Translations under genes and position numbers: made by a program
In this document: one piece after another, positions 30,187 through 40,735 of the stretch
How the letters are laid out: each line of letters opens with the position of its first letter
How positions within the stretch are numbered: the stretch's first letter is position 1
The notes under the pieces: generated by a model
The model's database searches: none
What the model was told of the DNA's origin: nothing
Seen by the model: the letters and a program-made list of their open reading frames with translations, nothing else
DNA from: an uncultured Pelagibacteraceae bacterium
Lineage (GTDB): Bacteria > Pseudomonadota > Alphaproteobacteria > Pelagibacterales > Pelagibacteraceae
Assembly: GCA_902629575.1 (NCBI GenBank)
Contig: CACORJ010000004.1
Span: 19,509-83,508 of the forward strand
DNA length: 64,000 nucleotides
Direction: 5' to 3'

Positions 30187-31341
30187 ATGAGAACAAATAA
30201 AAAAAATATTTTTGTTTGGTCACCTTTTACAGGTAAAGTAGGTACAGTTCAAAACGTCTTAAATACTCTCTATAGTATAAATAAGTATTCTGAATTTGAG
30301 ACTAATTTAATAAATTCTTTTGGAGAATGGGATAATTATATTGAAAGTCATGAATTAAAAAAAGTTTTAATACATAACTTTAAAACTCTTAGGTTTTTAA
30401 AAAAATGGGATATAAAAGGATTTTTAAGTAGTAGATTTTCATATTTGTTGATTTTTTCATTTTCATTTTTTCCTCTTTTGAGGTTATTAAAAAAACAAAA
30501 TCCAGACTATCTAATAGCTCATTTAATAAGTTCGCTTCCATTATTGATATTCAATCTATTTAATTTTAGAACTAAATTAATATTACATGTAGCGGGTCAT
30601 CCCAAATTAAACTTTGTAAGAAAATTATTATGGAAACTTTCATCAAAAAATATTTATAGGGTAATATGTCCGTCTGAAGAATTAAAGCAGGTTTTTATCG
30701 ACAATAATATTTTTAATGCGAGACAAGTCATTGTTATCGAAGATCCACATTTAATTATTAAAAAGGTAAATAAGTTAAGCCAAAAAAGGGTAGATGATGA
30801 ATTTTTTAACGAGGGTAAAATCTTAATAGCTATTGGAAGAATGACAAAACAAAAAAATTATCCTTTTTTGATTAAAAATTTTCACAAACTTTTAAATAAA
30901 TTTGATGATATTAAATTAATTATAATTGGAGACGGTGAACAAAAAGAAAAGTTAACAAATTTAATTCAAAAATTAAACATATCAAATAAAGTTAAATTAA
31001 TTGGTTATGAAAATAATATTTATAAATATCTTAAAAAATCAAATTACTATGTTTCAACTTCTATTTGGGAGGGTTCGAGTTTAGCAATGATAGATGCTGC
31101 CTATATGGGGATTCCTATTTTATGTAGTAACTGCCCTTCAGGTAGAAAAGAATTTATTGGTAAAAATGAAAGAGGTTTTTTATTTAGACAGAATGATAGT
31201 GAGGATTTCTTAAATAGTTTTACTGAAATGTATAGCTCTTACCCAAACGATATGCAAACAATTTTGCTAAAAGCAAAACGTCGAACTAAAAATTTTACTT
31301 CATTTAACAATTTTTTGAAGTTTTCAGAAATTCTAAACTAA
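30187..31341 (+). CDS. GT4 family glycosyltransferase
   Basis: IGRMTKQKN, IIGDG, SIWEG. Confidence 0.85.
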   Translation: MRTNKKNIFVWSPFTGKVGTVQNVLNTLYSINKYSEFETNLINSFGEWDNYIESHELKKVLIHNFKTLRFLKKWDIKGFLSSRFSYLLIFSFSFFPLLRLLKKQNPDYLIAHLISSLPLLIFNLFNFRTKLILHVAGHPKLNFVRKLLWKLSSKNIYRVICPSEELKQVFIDNNIFNARQVIVIEDPHLIIKKVNKLSQKRVDDEFFNEGKILIAIGRMTKQKNYPFLIKNFHKLLNKFDDIKLIIIGDGEQKEKLTNLIQKLNISNKVKLIGYENNIYKYLKKSNYYVSTSIWEGSSLAMIDAAYMGIPILCSNCPSGRKEFIGKNERGFLFRQNDSEDFLNSFTEMYSSYPNDMQTILLKAKRRTKNFTSFNNFLKFSEILN

Positions 31342-32045
31342 TTTTTTTTCCACATAAAAAAAGTTAAGAGATAAAAAGTTATTACCCCTAAAAAATAATT
31401 CCATTCTAAACCATGCTTGAAATGTTTTAAATTAAATCCAAAAAAATCATCGCCTGGTAAACTTATTATCGGAATACTTATTACCGCAATTACAATTAAA
31501 ATACTTACAAGTAAAATTTTTAAAGTTAAATAAGGTATGTTAATATATTTGAAAAGTTTATATTTAAAAGAGTATAAAGTTGAAACTAAGTATGCTTGTG
31601 CTACGATTTCAAAAACAATAAACATTAACATAATAATTCTTCTAAATAGTTTATAAAGATCATTGTCAAATTTAATCCCCAAAAATATTGAGTGCACTGT
31701 CAAAGCTATTGCTGATGCAATTCCAAAGAAAACTATTTTCTTTAAATTTTTATGATTTTCTTCAAATGAGGAAATAATATTCCTATTAATAAGCCAATAT
31801 CTAATTAATAGAAAAGATGTTAAAAACATTGCTGGTTTAAAAATTAACCAAGATGGATAGGGTCTTGCTGTTCTGCTTATCGAAGCTCCACCATCAAAAT
31901 ATGGAAAAGTATTGTGTATTATTGACTCTTGATCAGGAAATAGTCCATGAAACTGAGTTATTAAAATTAAACATGCATTTACTGCGATAAATGGAATTAT
32001 AAATATCCATATACTGATGGATTTAACCTTAGTTATTTGATCCAT
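31338..32045 (-). CDS. Hypothetical multi-TM protein (Frag1/DRAM-like)
   Basis: PYFDGGASISRTAR, about six TM segments, terminal LEW. Confidence 0.65.
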   Translation of the reverse strand: MDQITKVKSISIWIFIIPFIAVNACLILITQFHGLFPDQESIIHNTFPYFDGGASISRTARPYPSWLIFKPAMFLTSFLLIRYWLINRNIISSFEENHKNLKKIVFFGIASAIALTVHSIFLGIKFDNDLYKLFRRIIMLMFIVFEIVAQAYLVSTLYSFKYKLFKYINIPYLTLKILLVSILIVIAVISIPIISLPGDDFFGFNLKHFKHGLEWNYFLGVITFYLLTFFMWKKN

Positions 32046-32049
32046 TGAA

Positions 32050-32133
32050 CTATTTTTTCTTATTTTTTCTCTTAGCTCTTCTTTTTTTTGACCCTTGTTT
32101 TCTTCGGCCTCTATGTTTTTTTGGGTAACCCAT
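32050..32133 (-). CDS. Tiny highly basic peptide (27 aa; not in ORF track)
   Basis: AAGGA SD then MGYPKKHRGRRKQGSKKRRAKRKNKKK*. Confidence 0.6.
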   Translation of the reverse strand: MGYPKKHRGRRKQGSKKRRAKRKNKKK

Positions 32134-32209
32134 TGTTTCCTTTAATTATAATTTAATTGAAATTATTAGCGGGATATAGCATTGTCCCAAAGAGTTATCA
32201 AATTTTTTT

Positions 32210-33385
32210 ATGTCAGATTCATTTAAAACTTTTTTAAAACATACTGCAAAAGACTTTCATAATCAGTCAGTAAACCCACCTGTTGTAAGAGCATCAACGA
32301 TTATTTTTAAGTCAATACAAGACATAAGAAAAACTCAAAATAAAGCTCGAAAAGATCCTATAGGTGGTCATTTTGATTATGGAAGACAGGGTACATCTAC
32401 TACTCATATTCTCTCAAAGATACTTACAAAGCTAGAGGAGTCTTATCATGTATTTTTAACACCAACTGGATTTGGCTCAATTTTTTTGGCTTTATTTAGT
32501 GTCCTAAGACCAGGAGATGAGATTATTGTATCTGATCCAACGTATAGGCCAACTAGGAGACTTACAGAAGATTATTTAAAGGAATTCAATATAAAAACAG
32601 TTTTTTATAACCCTCATGATTTATCAACTTTAAAAAAAAGTATTAATAAAAAAACAAAAATGATTTTCGTTGAAAACCCAGGCAGCAATACTTTTGATTT
32701 TCAAGATCTAAAAAAAATAATTCTTATAGCAAAAAAAAATAAAATTTTTACAGCAATTGATAATACTTGGGCAACACCCTACTTCTTTAAACCAATAAAA
32801 TTAGGGTTTGATATGTCCATAGTTTCTGCAACTAAATATTATTCAGGACACTCTGATGTAATGGGTGGTAGTCTAGCAGTAAATAAAAGAGTTTTTAGGA
32901 AGGTTCAACTCGCTGAACGAATTTCAGGATTGAGATTAGGTCCTGATGACGCTTATTTAATTACAAGGGGCTTGAGAACTCTTGATATAAGACTTGATAA
33001 ACATCAAGAAAACGCGAAAAAAGTTTCGGCATTTTTATCAAAAAATAAAAAAATAAAATTACTTTACCCGTATAAAAAAAATTCTATGAATTTTAAGATG
33101 TGGAAAAAATATTATTCAGGAGCTTCAGGTTTGATGGGCCTCAAGATAAAATCTAAAAATAAGAACTCCGTTATTAAATTTGTCAATTCGTTAAAGTTAT
33201 TTGGTTACGGCTATAGTTGGGGAGGATTTGAAAGTTTAGCACTTCATCAAGGTGAAATAGAAATTGGAAAAAGGAATTTTTTAAAATTGGAAAAAGATGA
33301 ACATTTAGTAAGACTTCATATTGGTCTTGAAAATCCTAATGACTTGATTTCAGATTTAAAACAAGCATTAAAACATTTAAAATGA
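32210..33385 (+). CDS. metC: Cystathionine beta-lyase
   Basis: VNPPVVRASTI, YGRQG, DNTW, SATKYYSGHSD, YSWGGFESL. Confidence 0.9.
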   Translation: MSDSFKTFLKHTAKDFHNQSVNPPVVRASTIIFKSIQDIRKTQNKARKDPIGGHFDYGRQGTSTTHILSKILTKLEESYHVFLTPTGFGSIFLALFSVLRPGDEIIVSDPTYRPTRRLTEDYLKEFNIKTVFYNPHDLSTLKKSINKKTKMIFVENPGSNTFDFQDLKKIILIAKKNKIFTAIDNTWATPYFFKPIKLGFDMSIVSATKYYSGHSDVMGGSLAVNKRVFRKVQLAERISGLRLGPDDAYLITRGLRTLDIRLDKHQENAKKVSAFLSKNKKIKLLYPYKKNSMNFKMWKKYYSGASGLMGLKIKSKNKNSVIKFVNSLKLFGYGYSWGGFESLALHQGEIEIGKRNFLKLEKDEHLVRLHIGLENPNDLISDLKQALKHLK

Positions 33386-34602
33386 CATCAGATAAATTCT
33401 TTAACTCAAGAACTGCAGTAATAACATTGTTTGCAGCTTGTTTTGTTGTTTTAATATCACTGGGCGTGAGACAAACTTTTGGTTTGTTTTTTATGGATTT
33501 CAATGAAAGCTTAAAAATTAGTAATACAGCTTTTGGTTTTGCGATAGGTATTCAAATGTTAATGTGGGGTTTAACAGGACCTATATTTGGTGCGATTGCA
33601 GATCGATTTGGTGGGCATATTGCAATCATTTCAGCATTTATTTTTTATACTGCAGGAATATTCTTCTTATATACAGGTCCTAATACAGGCATTTTTTTTC
33701 AAATTCACATGGGTTTGTTGATTGGAATAGGACTTGGGGGAACAGCAATAAGTATACCAATGTCAATTGTGGGTAAGCACTTTCCTTTATCAACAAGAAC
33801 TATTGCAATGAGTTTTGTTACAGCTGTTGGATCTTTCGGTTATTTTCTTTCACCAATATTTACAAGTTACTCCTTAAATGAATTTGGATGGAATTACACG
33901 TTATTTGTTTTTGGACTACTATTATTAGCTGGGTTAATTGCTGCATTTTTCGTGAGATCTCCATCTGAAATAGAAAGTAATGAAAAAACTTCAAATCAAT
34001 CATTCTCAGAAGCAATCAATGAAGCATTTAAAACAAAAAGCTATATTCTTCTTGTTTCAGGTTTTTTTGTTTGTGGATTTCACATTACTCTAGTAGGCAC
34101 TCATGTACCAAAATATGTTATAGACAGAGGACTCGAAGATTGGACTGCAGCTGCGATTCTGTCATTAATTGGTTTATTTAATATTTTTGGTTCCTTAATA
34201 AGTGGATATCTTTCAGCAAAAATGAGCAAAAAAATAATTCTGAGCGCGATTTACTTTTTAAGAGGAGTTTCAATTATTTACTTTATATTCACCCCAGCAA
34301 GTAATATTTCAGCATTTATTTTTGGAGCAAGCTTTGGCTTTCTATGGTTGTCAACTGTGCCAGCTACTAGTGGAATAGTAGCTCATCTTTTCGGTACAAA
34401 ATATTTAGGTCTACTATATGGTATAGTGTTTCTAAGCCATCAAATAGGTTCATTTTTTGGAGCATATTTAGGGGGTCTGTTTCATGATACATATGGCTCT
34501 TATGACTATGCGTGGTATTTGGCAATTGCATTATCAATATTTGCAGCAATAATTCATCTACCAATTAAAGAAGAACCAGTTTTAAGATTGAGAACAGAGT
34601 AA
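33382..34602 (+). CDS. MFS transporter
   Basis: GAIADRFG, FFVCGFH, twelve TM segments. Confidence 0.9.
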   Translation: MTSDKFFNSRTAVITLFAACFVVLISLGVRQTFGLFFMDFNESLKISNTAFGFAIGIQMLMWGLTGPIFGAIADRFGGHIAIISAFIFYTAGIFFLYTGPNTGIFFQIHMGLLIGIGLGGTAISIPMSIVGKHFPLSTRTIAMSFVTAVGSFGYFLSPIFTSYSLNEFGWNYTLFVFGLLLLAGLIAAFFVRSPSEIESNEKTSNQSFSEAINEAFKTKSYILLVSGFFVCGFHITLVGTHVPKYVIDRGLEDWTAAAILSLIGLFNIFGSLISGYLSAKMSKKIILSAIYFLRGVSIIYFIFTPASNISAFIFGASFGFLWLSTVPATSGIVAHLFGTKYLGLLYGIVFLSHQIGSFFGAYLGGLFHDTYGSYDYAWYLAIALSIFAAIIHLPIKEEPVLRLRTE

Positions 34603-34603
34603 A

Positions 34604-35761
34604 TTGAATAAACAAAATCAATTAACAGATATCCATAGGACAAAGAAGCCATATATAATTTATAAATCTAAAAATGGATTTGATCTTTATACAAATTTTT
34701 CAAAAAAGATTATACTTAATCAGAAAAATATTTATGAATTTTTAAATAAGAAAAGAAAAAAAAGTTTTAAAAAAACAGATTTATTTATTGGTTTTTTTGG
34801 TTATGAGTTATTGAATAATCTCATAGGGATACAATTACCAAAACAAAAAAAAATTAATTTTCCAAAAGGTATTTTTTATAAACCTGAAAAAAAACTTAGC
34901 TTTTCAAATATCTTAAAATATAGAGAAGATAAAGGTTTTAAACTTAACAATCAATTTAAGATAAATATTAATAGAAAATCTTATTCGAAAATCTTTAATA
35001 AGTTTAAAAAAAAAATTAAAAGTGGTGAAACATATCAAATAAAAATATGTACGAAATATAAAACTAAATCTAAATTAGATCCACTTGATTTTTTTTGTAG
35101 ATTATCAAAAACCAATTTAGCCCCAGAGGCTTTTTTGATTAGAGACGTAAACTATTCCATAATAAGTTGCTCTCCAGAAAATTTGATAACAAAAGAAGGA
35201 TCTTTAATTACATCAAAACCTATTGCAGGCACTGTTAAAAAAAATAATAAAATGAATAAACTTAAGGCTTTAAAGTATTTTAGAAAAAACATTAAAGAAA
35301 CCAAAGAGCATAATATGATTGTAGATATGGAGAGAAATGACTTATCTCGTATTTGTCAGGTAGGGACCGTAAAACTGTCTAAGACAAAAATAGTTGAGGA
35401 ATACAAAGATTTATTCCATTACGTCACATTAATAAAAGGTAAACTCAAAAACAAAATTTCTAACCTTGATATAATTAAAGCTATGATGCCTGGAGGTTCA
35501 GTAATAGGGTGTCCTAAGATAAATACTTTAAATCTTCTAAACCACCAGGAAAAAGAAAACAGAAATATTTACACTGGCAGCTTTGGTTATATTAAATTTA
35601 ATGGAGATATGAGATTTAATATTATTATCAGATCTATCCTTAATTATAAAGATATTTCAGAAATTTCTGTAGCTTCAGGAGTGGTTGTAGACAGTAATGC
35701 CAAAAATGAGTTTAATGAAAATTATTTAAAAGCTAAAGCATTAATAGATTTGTTCAAATGA
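34604..35761 (+). CDS. pabB: Aminodeoxychorismate synthase component I
   Basis: SPE, KPIAGT, EHNMIVDMERNDL, PGGSVIGCPK. Confidence 0.85.
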   Translation: MNKQNQLTDIHRTKKPYIIYKSKNGFDLYTNFSKKIILNQKNIYEFLNKKRKKSFKKTDLFIGFFGYELLNNLIGIQLPKQKKINFPKGIFYKPEKKLSFSNILKYREDKGFKLNNQFKININRKSYSKIFNKFKKKIKSGETYQIKICTKYKTKSKLDPLDFFCRLSKTNLAPEAFLIRDVNYSIISCSPENLITKEGSLITSKPIAGTVKKNNKMNKLKALKYFRKNIKETKEHNMIVDMERNDLSRICQVGTVKLSKTKIVEEYKDLFHYVTLIKGKLKNKISNLDIIKAMMPGGSVIGCPKINTLNLLNHQEKENRNIYTGSFGYIKFNGDMRFNIIIRSILNYKDISEISVASGVVVDSNAKNEFNENYLKAKALIDLFK

Positions 35762-36315
35762 TTTATGTAATAGACCATAATGACTCTTTTACTTACAATG
35801 TGGTTCATCAATTCTCTTTATTTGATGAAGTTGTTTGTGAAAATTACAACGAAATAGATAAATTGAAACTTGAAAAAGCTTCAGTAATTGTTTTTTCTCC
35901 TGGTCCTGGAAATCCAAAAAATTATCCAATTACATCTATGATTTATAAAAAATTTAAAGGTAAAAAAAAAATTATTGGTATTTGTTTAGGATTTCAACAA
36001 ATATTATATTGCGAAGGAGCAAAAATTGTTGAACAAAAAAAAATATACCATGGATTTCAGTCATCTGTAAGGGTAGTAAATAAGAAATCATTATTTAAAA
36101 AAGGATTAAATTTTAAGGTTGGTCGCTATCATTCTTTAAGATTAAAAGAACCTTTTAAAACTAAAAATTTTGAGATAACTATGAGATGTTTAAATTCAAA
36201 TACTGCTATGTCATTTGAAAATAAAAAAGATAAAATTTATGGTTTTCAATTTCACCCGGAGTCATTTTTAACTGTCAATGGCAACCTTCTTATTAAAAAA
36301 ATCTTATCAGCTTAA
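35758..36315 (+). CDS. pabA: Aminodeoxychorismate synthase component II
   Basis: DSFTYN, SPGPG, GICLG, RYHSL, QFHPES. Confidence 0.88.
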   Translation: MIYVIDHNDSFTYNVVHQFSLFDEVVCENYNEIDKLKLEKASVIVFSPGPGNPKNYPITSMIYKKFKGKKKIIGICLGFQQILYCEGAKIVEQKKIYHGFQSSVRVVNKKSLFKKGLNFKVGRYHSLRLKEPFKTKNFEITMRCLNSNTAMSFENKKDKIYGFQFHPESFLTVNGNLLIKKILSA

Positions 36316-37048
36316 AAATCTTAAGGAAATCAAATTTAAAGATTTGTGGGAGCACCATGGAATATTTACTACAATGTGGATTTTTGGAAAACCACCAAAA
36401 ATTTTATTTTTTAATAATCATATAAGAAAATTGATCAGTTCTTTAGTTAAATATAAAATTAAAAATAAATTTTTAAAAAAAAATATTGTATCAGTAATAA
36501 ATGAAAACTTATCTAAAAAGACAAATTACAACCATCTCTTAAGAGTTGCAATAAATAAAGATATAATTTCTATATCTTTAAGAAAAAGATTTTCGCCAAA
36601 ATTAAATTTTAATCTTAAATTCATAAACCTAAAACGTGATAGGCCAGAATATAAAAATCTTAAGTATAAAAAAATTTTATCTCATTTAAAAAAAATTGAT
36701 AATACAATGTCAGATATAGGAATTATGAATAAAGGTAAAGTTTTAGAAACGGGCACATCAAATTTACTTTTTATTAAAGATAAAAAAGTTTTTACTCCAA
36801 AAAAAAATTATTATCAGGGCCAAACTTTTAAATATTTTAAATCTCAAATTAATATTATTAAAAAAGACATTTATTTAAACGACCTTAAAGAATATGATGA
36901 AATATTACTTCTTGGATCAGGCAAGGGTGTTGTGTCTGTAAAAAAAATTGAACAAATTCAATGGAAAAGGAAAAGTTTGAGAAATTATAAAATTTTTTTT
37001 AATCGTTATAAGAATGCTATAAAAAACTGTGATAAATATAAATTTTAA
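36278..37048 (+). CDS. pabC: Class IV aminotransferase-like, probable ADC lyase
   Basis: GIFTTM, YKNLKY, ETGTSNL; context with pabB and pabA. Confidence 0.7.
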   Translation: MATFLLKKSYQLKNLKEIKFKDLWEHHGIFTTMWIFGKPPKILFFNNHIRKLISSLVKYKIKNKFLKKNIVSVINENLSKKTNYNHLLRVAINKDIISISLRKRFSPKLNFNLKFINLKRDRPEYKNLKYKKILSHLKKIDNTMSDIGIMNKGKVLETGTSNLLFIKDKKVFTPKKNYYQGQTFKYFKSQINIIKKDIYLNDLKEYDEILLLGSGKGVVSVKKIEQIQWKRKSLRNYKIFFNRYKNAIKNCDKYKF

Positions 37049-37051
37049 AAT

Positions 37052-37450
37052 ATGAAGGATCCAAACAACCCTTGTTTATTTTGTGATGTCAAAAAGAGTG
37101 GAATTGCACACGAGAACAATTTAGCTTTTGCTAGTTATGATACTTATCCAGTTTCTAAATATCATTGTCTAATAATACCAAAGAGGCACATAAAAGACCA
37201 TTTTGATCTTAATAATGATGAACTTATTGCATGTAATGATTTGATTAAGGTTGTTAAAAAAGAAATCTTAGAAAAAGATCAACAAGTAAAAGGATTTAAT
37301 CTTGGAACTAATATTGGAAAAGTTTCTGGTCAATCTATCTACCATTGTCATTTACATTTAATTCCACGTAGGGAAAATGATGTAGATAACCCCCAGGGTG
37401 GAGTTAGATCTGTCATTCCTAATAAACAATATTACAAAAGAAAAATATAG
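37052..37450 (+). CDS. HIT family hydrolase
   Basis: CLFC, HCHLHLIPR. Confidence 0.92.
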   Translation: MKDPNNPCLFCDVKKSGIAHENNLAFASYDTYPVSKYHCLIIPKRHIKDHFDLNNDELIACNDLIKVVKKEILEKDQQVKGFNLGTNIGKVSGQSIYHCHLHLIPRRENDVDNPQGGVRSVIPNKQYYKRKI

Positions 37451-37556
37451 CTTGTTATTAAAGAAAAATTGGTCAGAGTTAGTAATTGAACTATTTTTTT
37501 AAATAGATTAGACATCTTTAATAATATTGAAAAAAATAAAATAACATAAGGCGGAT

Positions 37557-38351
37557 ATGTTACAAACGAACCCATTTTCTATTTTATCTGATACTATTGC
37601 TCCAATTGCAATGCAAAGCTTTATAATAGCTATGATAATTTTAATAGCAATTGGAACAATCATTCAAATGATTCATCATAAAAATCTTACATATTTTTTT
37701 AACAACGCCAAGAAAGCCAAGTTATCAGCAACAAAAGAACTTGGTTTTGGAGAAAAAACTTCAATTATAGCTAAAACAGCTGTGGTGGATATTGGAACAA
37801 CATCAGAACTTGGGTTTGGGAAGAGAAGATTGGCTCATGTGCTCGGAATGTATGGTACAATTTTATTTTGGGTATCTTCAGCAGTTTTAGTTTTTTGTTA
37901 TACAGGTGCTGGTAAATCTGATTCAGTAACTTGGTCATTATTATGGCACATTGGTGCTATTCTGACATGTGTAGGTGGGTTTTGGTTTTGGTTTTTTTTA
38001 AGAGTTGATGTTTCTGCTGAAGCACACCCTTGGTATAGAATAATCAAAGCAGATTTATTTGTATTAGCTTTACTTGCTTGTTCAACTTTTGGATTGGCAT
38101 GGTCTTACACTCAATTTAATAATCAAATTGAACTTTCTTATTTATTTTTTATTTTATTTGTTGCCTCAAATTTAGTTTTGTTTGGTGGTGTTTACTGGTC
38201 GAAGTTTGCGCATATGTTTTACAAACCAGGGGCCGCGATACAAAAAAATCTAGCTGAAGCTGATGGATCAAGAGATAATTTACCACCACCAGCTGATGCG
38301 CCAGAACAATTTGGCTTAGGCATAAAAAGAGAAGAGCCAAAACATTATTAA
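37557..38351 (+). CDS. aprM: APS reductase membrane anchor AprM
   Basis: Five TM segments, WSKFAHMFYKP; directly upstream of aprB. Confidence 0.88.
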   Translation: MLQTNPFSILSDTIAPIAMQSFIIAMIILIAIGTIIQMIHHKNLTYFFNNAKKAKLSATKELGFGEKTSIIAKTAVVDIGTTSELGFGKRRLAHVLGMYGTILFWVSSAVLVFCYTGAGKSDSVTWSLLWHIGAILTCVGGFWFWFFLRVDVSAEAHPWYRIIKADLFVLALLACSTFGLAWSYTQFNNQIELSYLFFILFVASNLVLFGGVYWSKFAHMFYKPGAAIQKNLAEADGSRDNLPPPADAPEQFGLGIKREEPKHY

Positions 38352-38382
38352 TATGTTATTAAAAAAGGAGAAAATATAAATT

Positions 38383-38853
38383 ATGTCAACTTTTGTATAT
38401 ATGACCAGATGTGATGGATGTGGACATTGTGTAGATATATGTCCATCAGATATTATGCATATAGATGAAAATATAAGGCGTGCAAAAAATATTGAGCCAA
38501 ATTTTTGTTGGGAATGTTATTCCTGTGTCAAAGCATGTCCTAATCATGCGATTGATGTTAGAGGTTATGCGGATTTTGCCCCTATGGGACATAGTGTGAG
38601 AGTTAGAAGAGAAGAGGAAAAAGGAACCATTTCTTGGAAAATAAAATTCAGAAATGGAACAGAAAAGAATTTTGTTTCTCCAATTACAACAAAACCTTGG
38701 GGTAAATTTATTCCCAAGCTTGCTGATGGGGATACTCCAAATCAGGGGGAAATAAACTCTCAAAGATTGTACAGTGAGCCAGAAGGCTTAAACACAAACA
38801 AAGAACTTCCCTCAGTTCCAAAAGAGTCATTTAAAAAAGGAGTTTATTATTAA
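38383..38853 (+). CDS. aprB: Adenylylsulfate reductase beta subunit
   Basis: CDGCGHCVDICP and CWECYSCVKACP, VRGYADF. Confidence 0.96.
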   Translation: MSTFVYMTRCDGCGHCVDICPSDIMHIDENIRRAKNIEPNFCWECYSCVKACPNHAIDVRGYADFAPMGHSVRVRREEEKGTISWKIKFRNGTEKNFVSPITTKPWGKFIPKLADGDTPNQGEINSQRLYSEPEGLNTNKELPSVPKESFKKGVYY

Positions 38854-40713
38854 TGGCAAAACATAAAACCCAATACGAAGAGTGTGACGTATTAGTTGTT
38901 GGTGGAGGCATGGCAGGAACTGGTGCCACTTTTGAAGCAAGACATTGGGGAAGAGACTTAAAAATTATTTGTGTTGAAAAAGCAAATATTGATAGAAGCG
39001 GAGCGGTTGCACAAGGTCTTTATGCAATTAATTGTTATATGGGGATGCAATGGGATGAAAACCAACCTGAGGACCATGTAAGATACGCTAGAAATGATTT
39101 GATGGGAATGGTTAGAGAAGATTTAGGATATGATATGGCGCGTCACGTAGACTCAACAGTTCATATGTTCGATGAGTGGGGATTGCCAATGATGAAAAAT
39201 GAGAAAACCGGGAGATATTTAAGAGAAGGTAAATGGCAAATAATGATTCATGGTGAAAGCTATAAACCAATTGTAGCTGAGGCCGCAAAAAAAATCTGCT
39301 GACAAAATTTATAACAGAATAATGATAACTCATTTGTTGATGGATGAGAGTGGAGAAAATAGAATTGGTGGAGCAGTTGGATTTAACATGAGAACTGGAG
39401 ACTTTCATGTGTTTAGAGCAAAAACAGTTATAGTTGCTGCAGGTGGTGCATCTCACATCTTTAAACCAAGAGCTGTGGGAGAGGGTATGGGTAGAACATG
39501 GTATGCACCATGGAGTAATGGATCTGCTTATGCATTACCAATTGCTGCAGGAGCCAAAATGACACAAATGGAAAATAGAATTGTTTTATGTAGATTTAAA
39601 GATGGATATGGACCAGTTGGAGCTTATTTTTTACATTTAAAAACATACACTCAAAATGCTAATGGTGAAAATTATGAGAAGAAATGGTATGATCAAACTA
39701 AAGAGTTAGTTGGAGAATATATTGACCATCACCCAACACCAACATGTCTTAGAAACCACGCATTTATTCAAGAAGTTGCCTCTGGTGGTGGACCTATTCA
39801 CATGGTAACAAAAGAAGCTTTTCAAGACCCTCACTTAGAAACAGTTGGATGGGAAAATTTTTTAGGTATGACAGTTGGACAAGCGGTAGTATGGGCATCT
39901 CAAAATATAGATCCAAAATATACTAACCCAGAGCTAACAACTTCTGAGCCATATGTTATGGGTTCGCACGCTACTTGTTCTGGTGCCTGGGTAAGTGGAC
40001 CTGAAGATTTGTCTCCACCAGAATATTTTTGGGGCTATAATAGAATGCTAACTATAAATGGTTTATTTGGGGCTGGTGATACTGTAGGTGGAAGTGCCCA
40101 TAAGTTTTCATCAGGATCTTTTACAGAAGGTAGATTGGCTGCAAAAGCAGCAGTGAAGTATATTGAGGATAAAAAAGCAGAGAACATTAAAGTTTCTGAT
40201 AAACAGTGTGAAGATTATAAAACTGCTATATATAAACCTCTAGAAACTTATACTGTTGCTCAAAATGAAATTACAGGTGGAACTGTTTCTCCAAGTTATA
40301 TTTCTCCAATTCAAGGACTACAAAGACTTCAAAAAATTATGGATGAATATGTTGGTGGTATTACATCAAATTATATGACTAATGAAAATTTATTAAGAAG
40401 AGCTTTAGAGCTTTTAGATTGGTTACAAGAGGATTTAGAAAAAGTAGGAGCTGAAGACTATCATCAATTAATGAGAGCTTGGGAACTTAAACATAGAACT
40501 TTAACTTCTCAATGTGTAACAGAGCATACTTTATTTAGAAAAGAAACTCGTTGGCCAGGATATTATTATCGAGGTGACTATATGAAATTAGATGATGAAA
40601 ATTGGCATTGTCTAACGGTTTCTAGAAGAGATCCTAAAACTGGAAAATTTTCTATGGAAAAAGTCCCCGTCTACCACATTGTAGATGAGAATGAGAAGAA
40701 AAAGGCATCATAA
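38853..40713 (+). pseudogene. aprA: Adenylylsulfate reductase alpha subunit split by a +1 frameshift (or sequencing error)
   Basis: ORFs 38853-39302 and 39322-40713 join if one A is removed from the A8 run at 39287-39294; RSGAVAQG, WQIMIHGE, HKFSSGS. Confidence 0.9.
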
Positions 40714-40735
40714 TTTATAATTTTATCAAATATCT

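Noticed and set aside
34604-36315. trpE/trpG assignment
   Set aside because: Short component I and an adjacent class IV lyase-like gene, with no other trp genes, favour pabBAC
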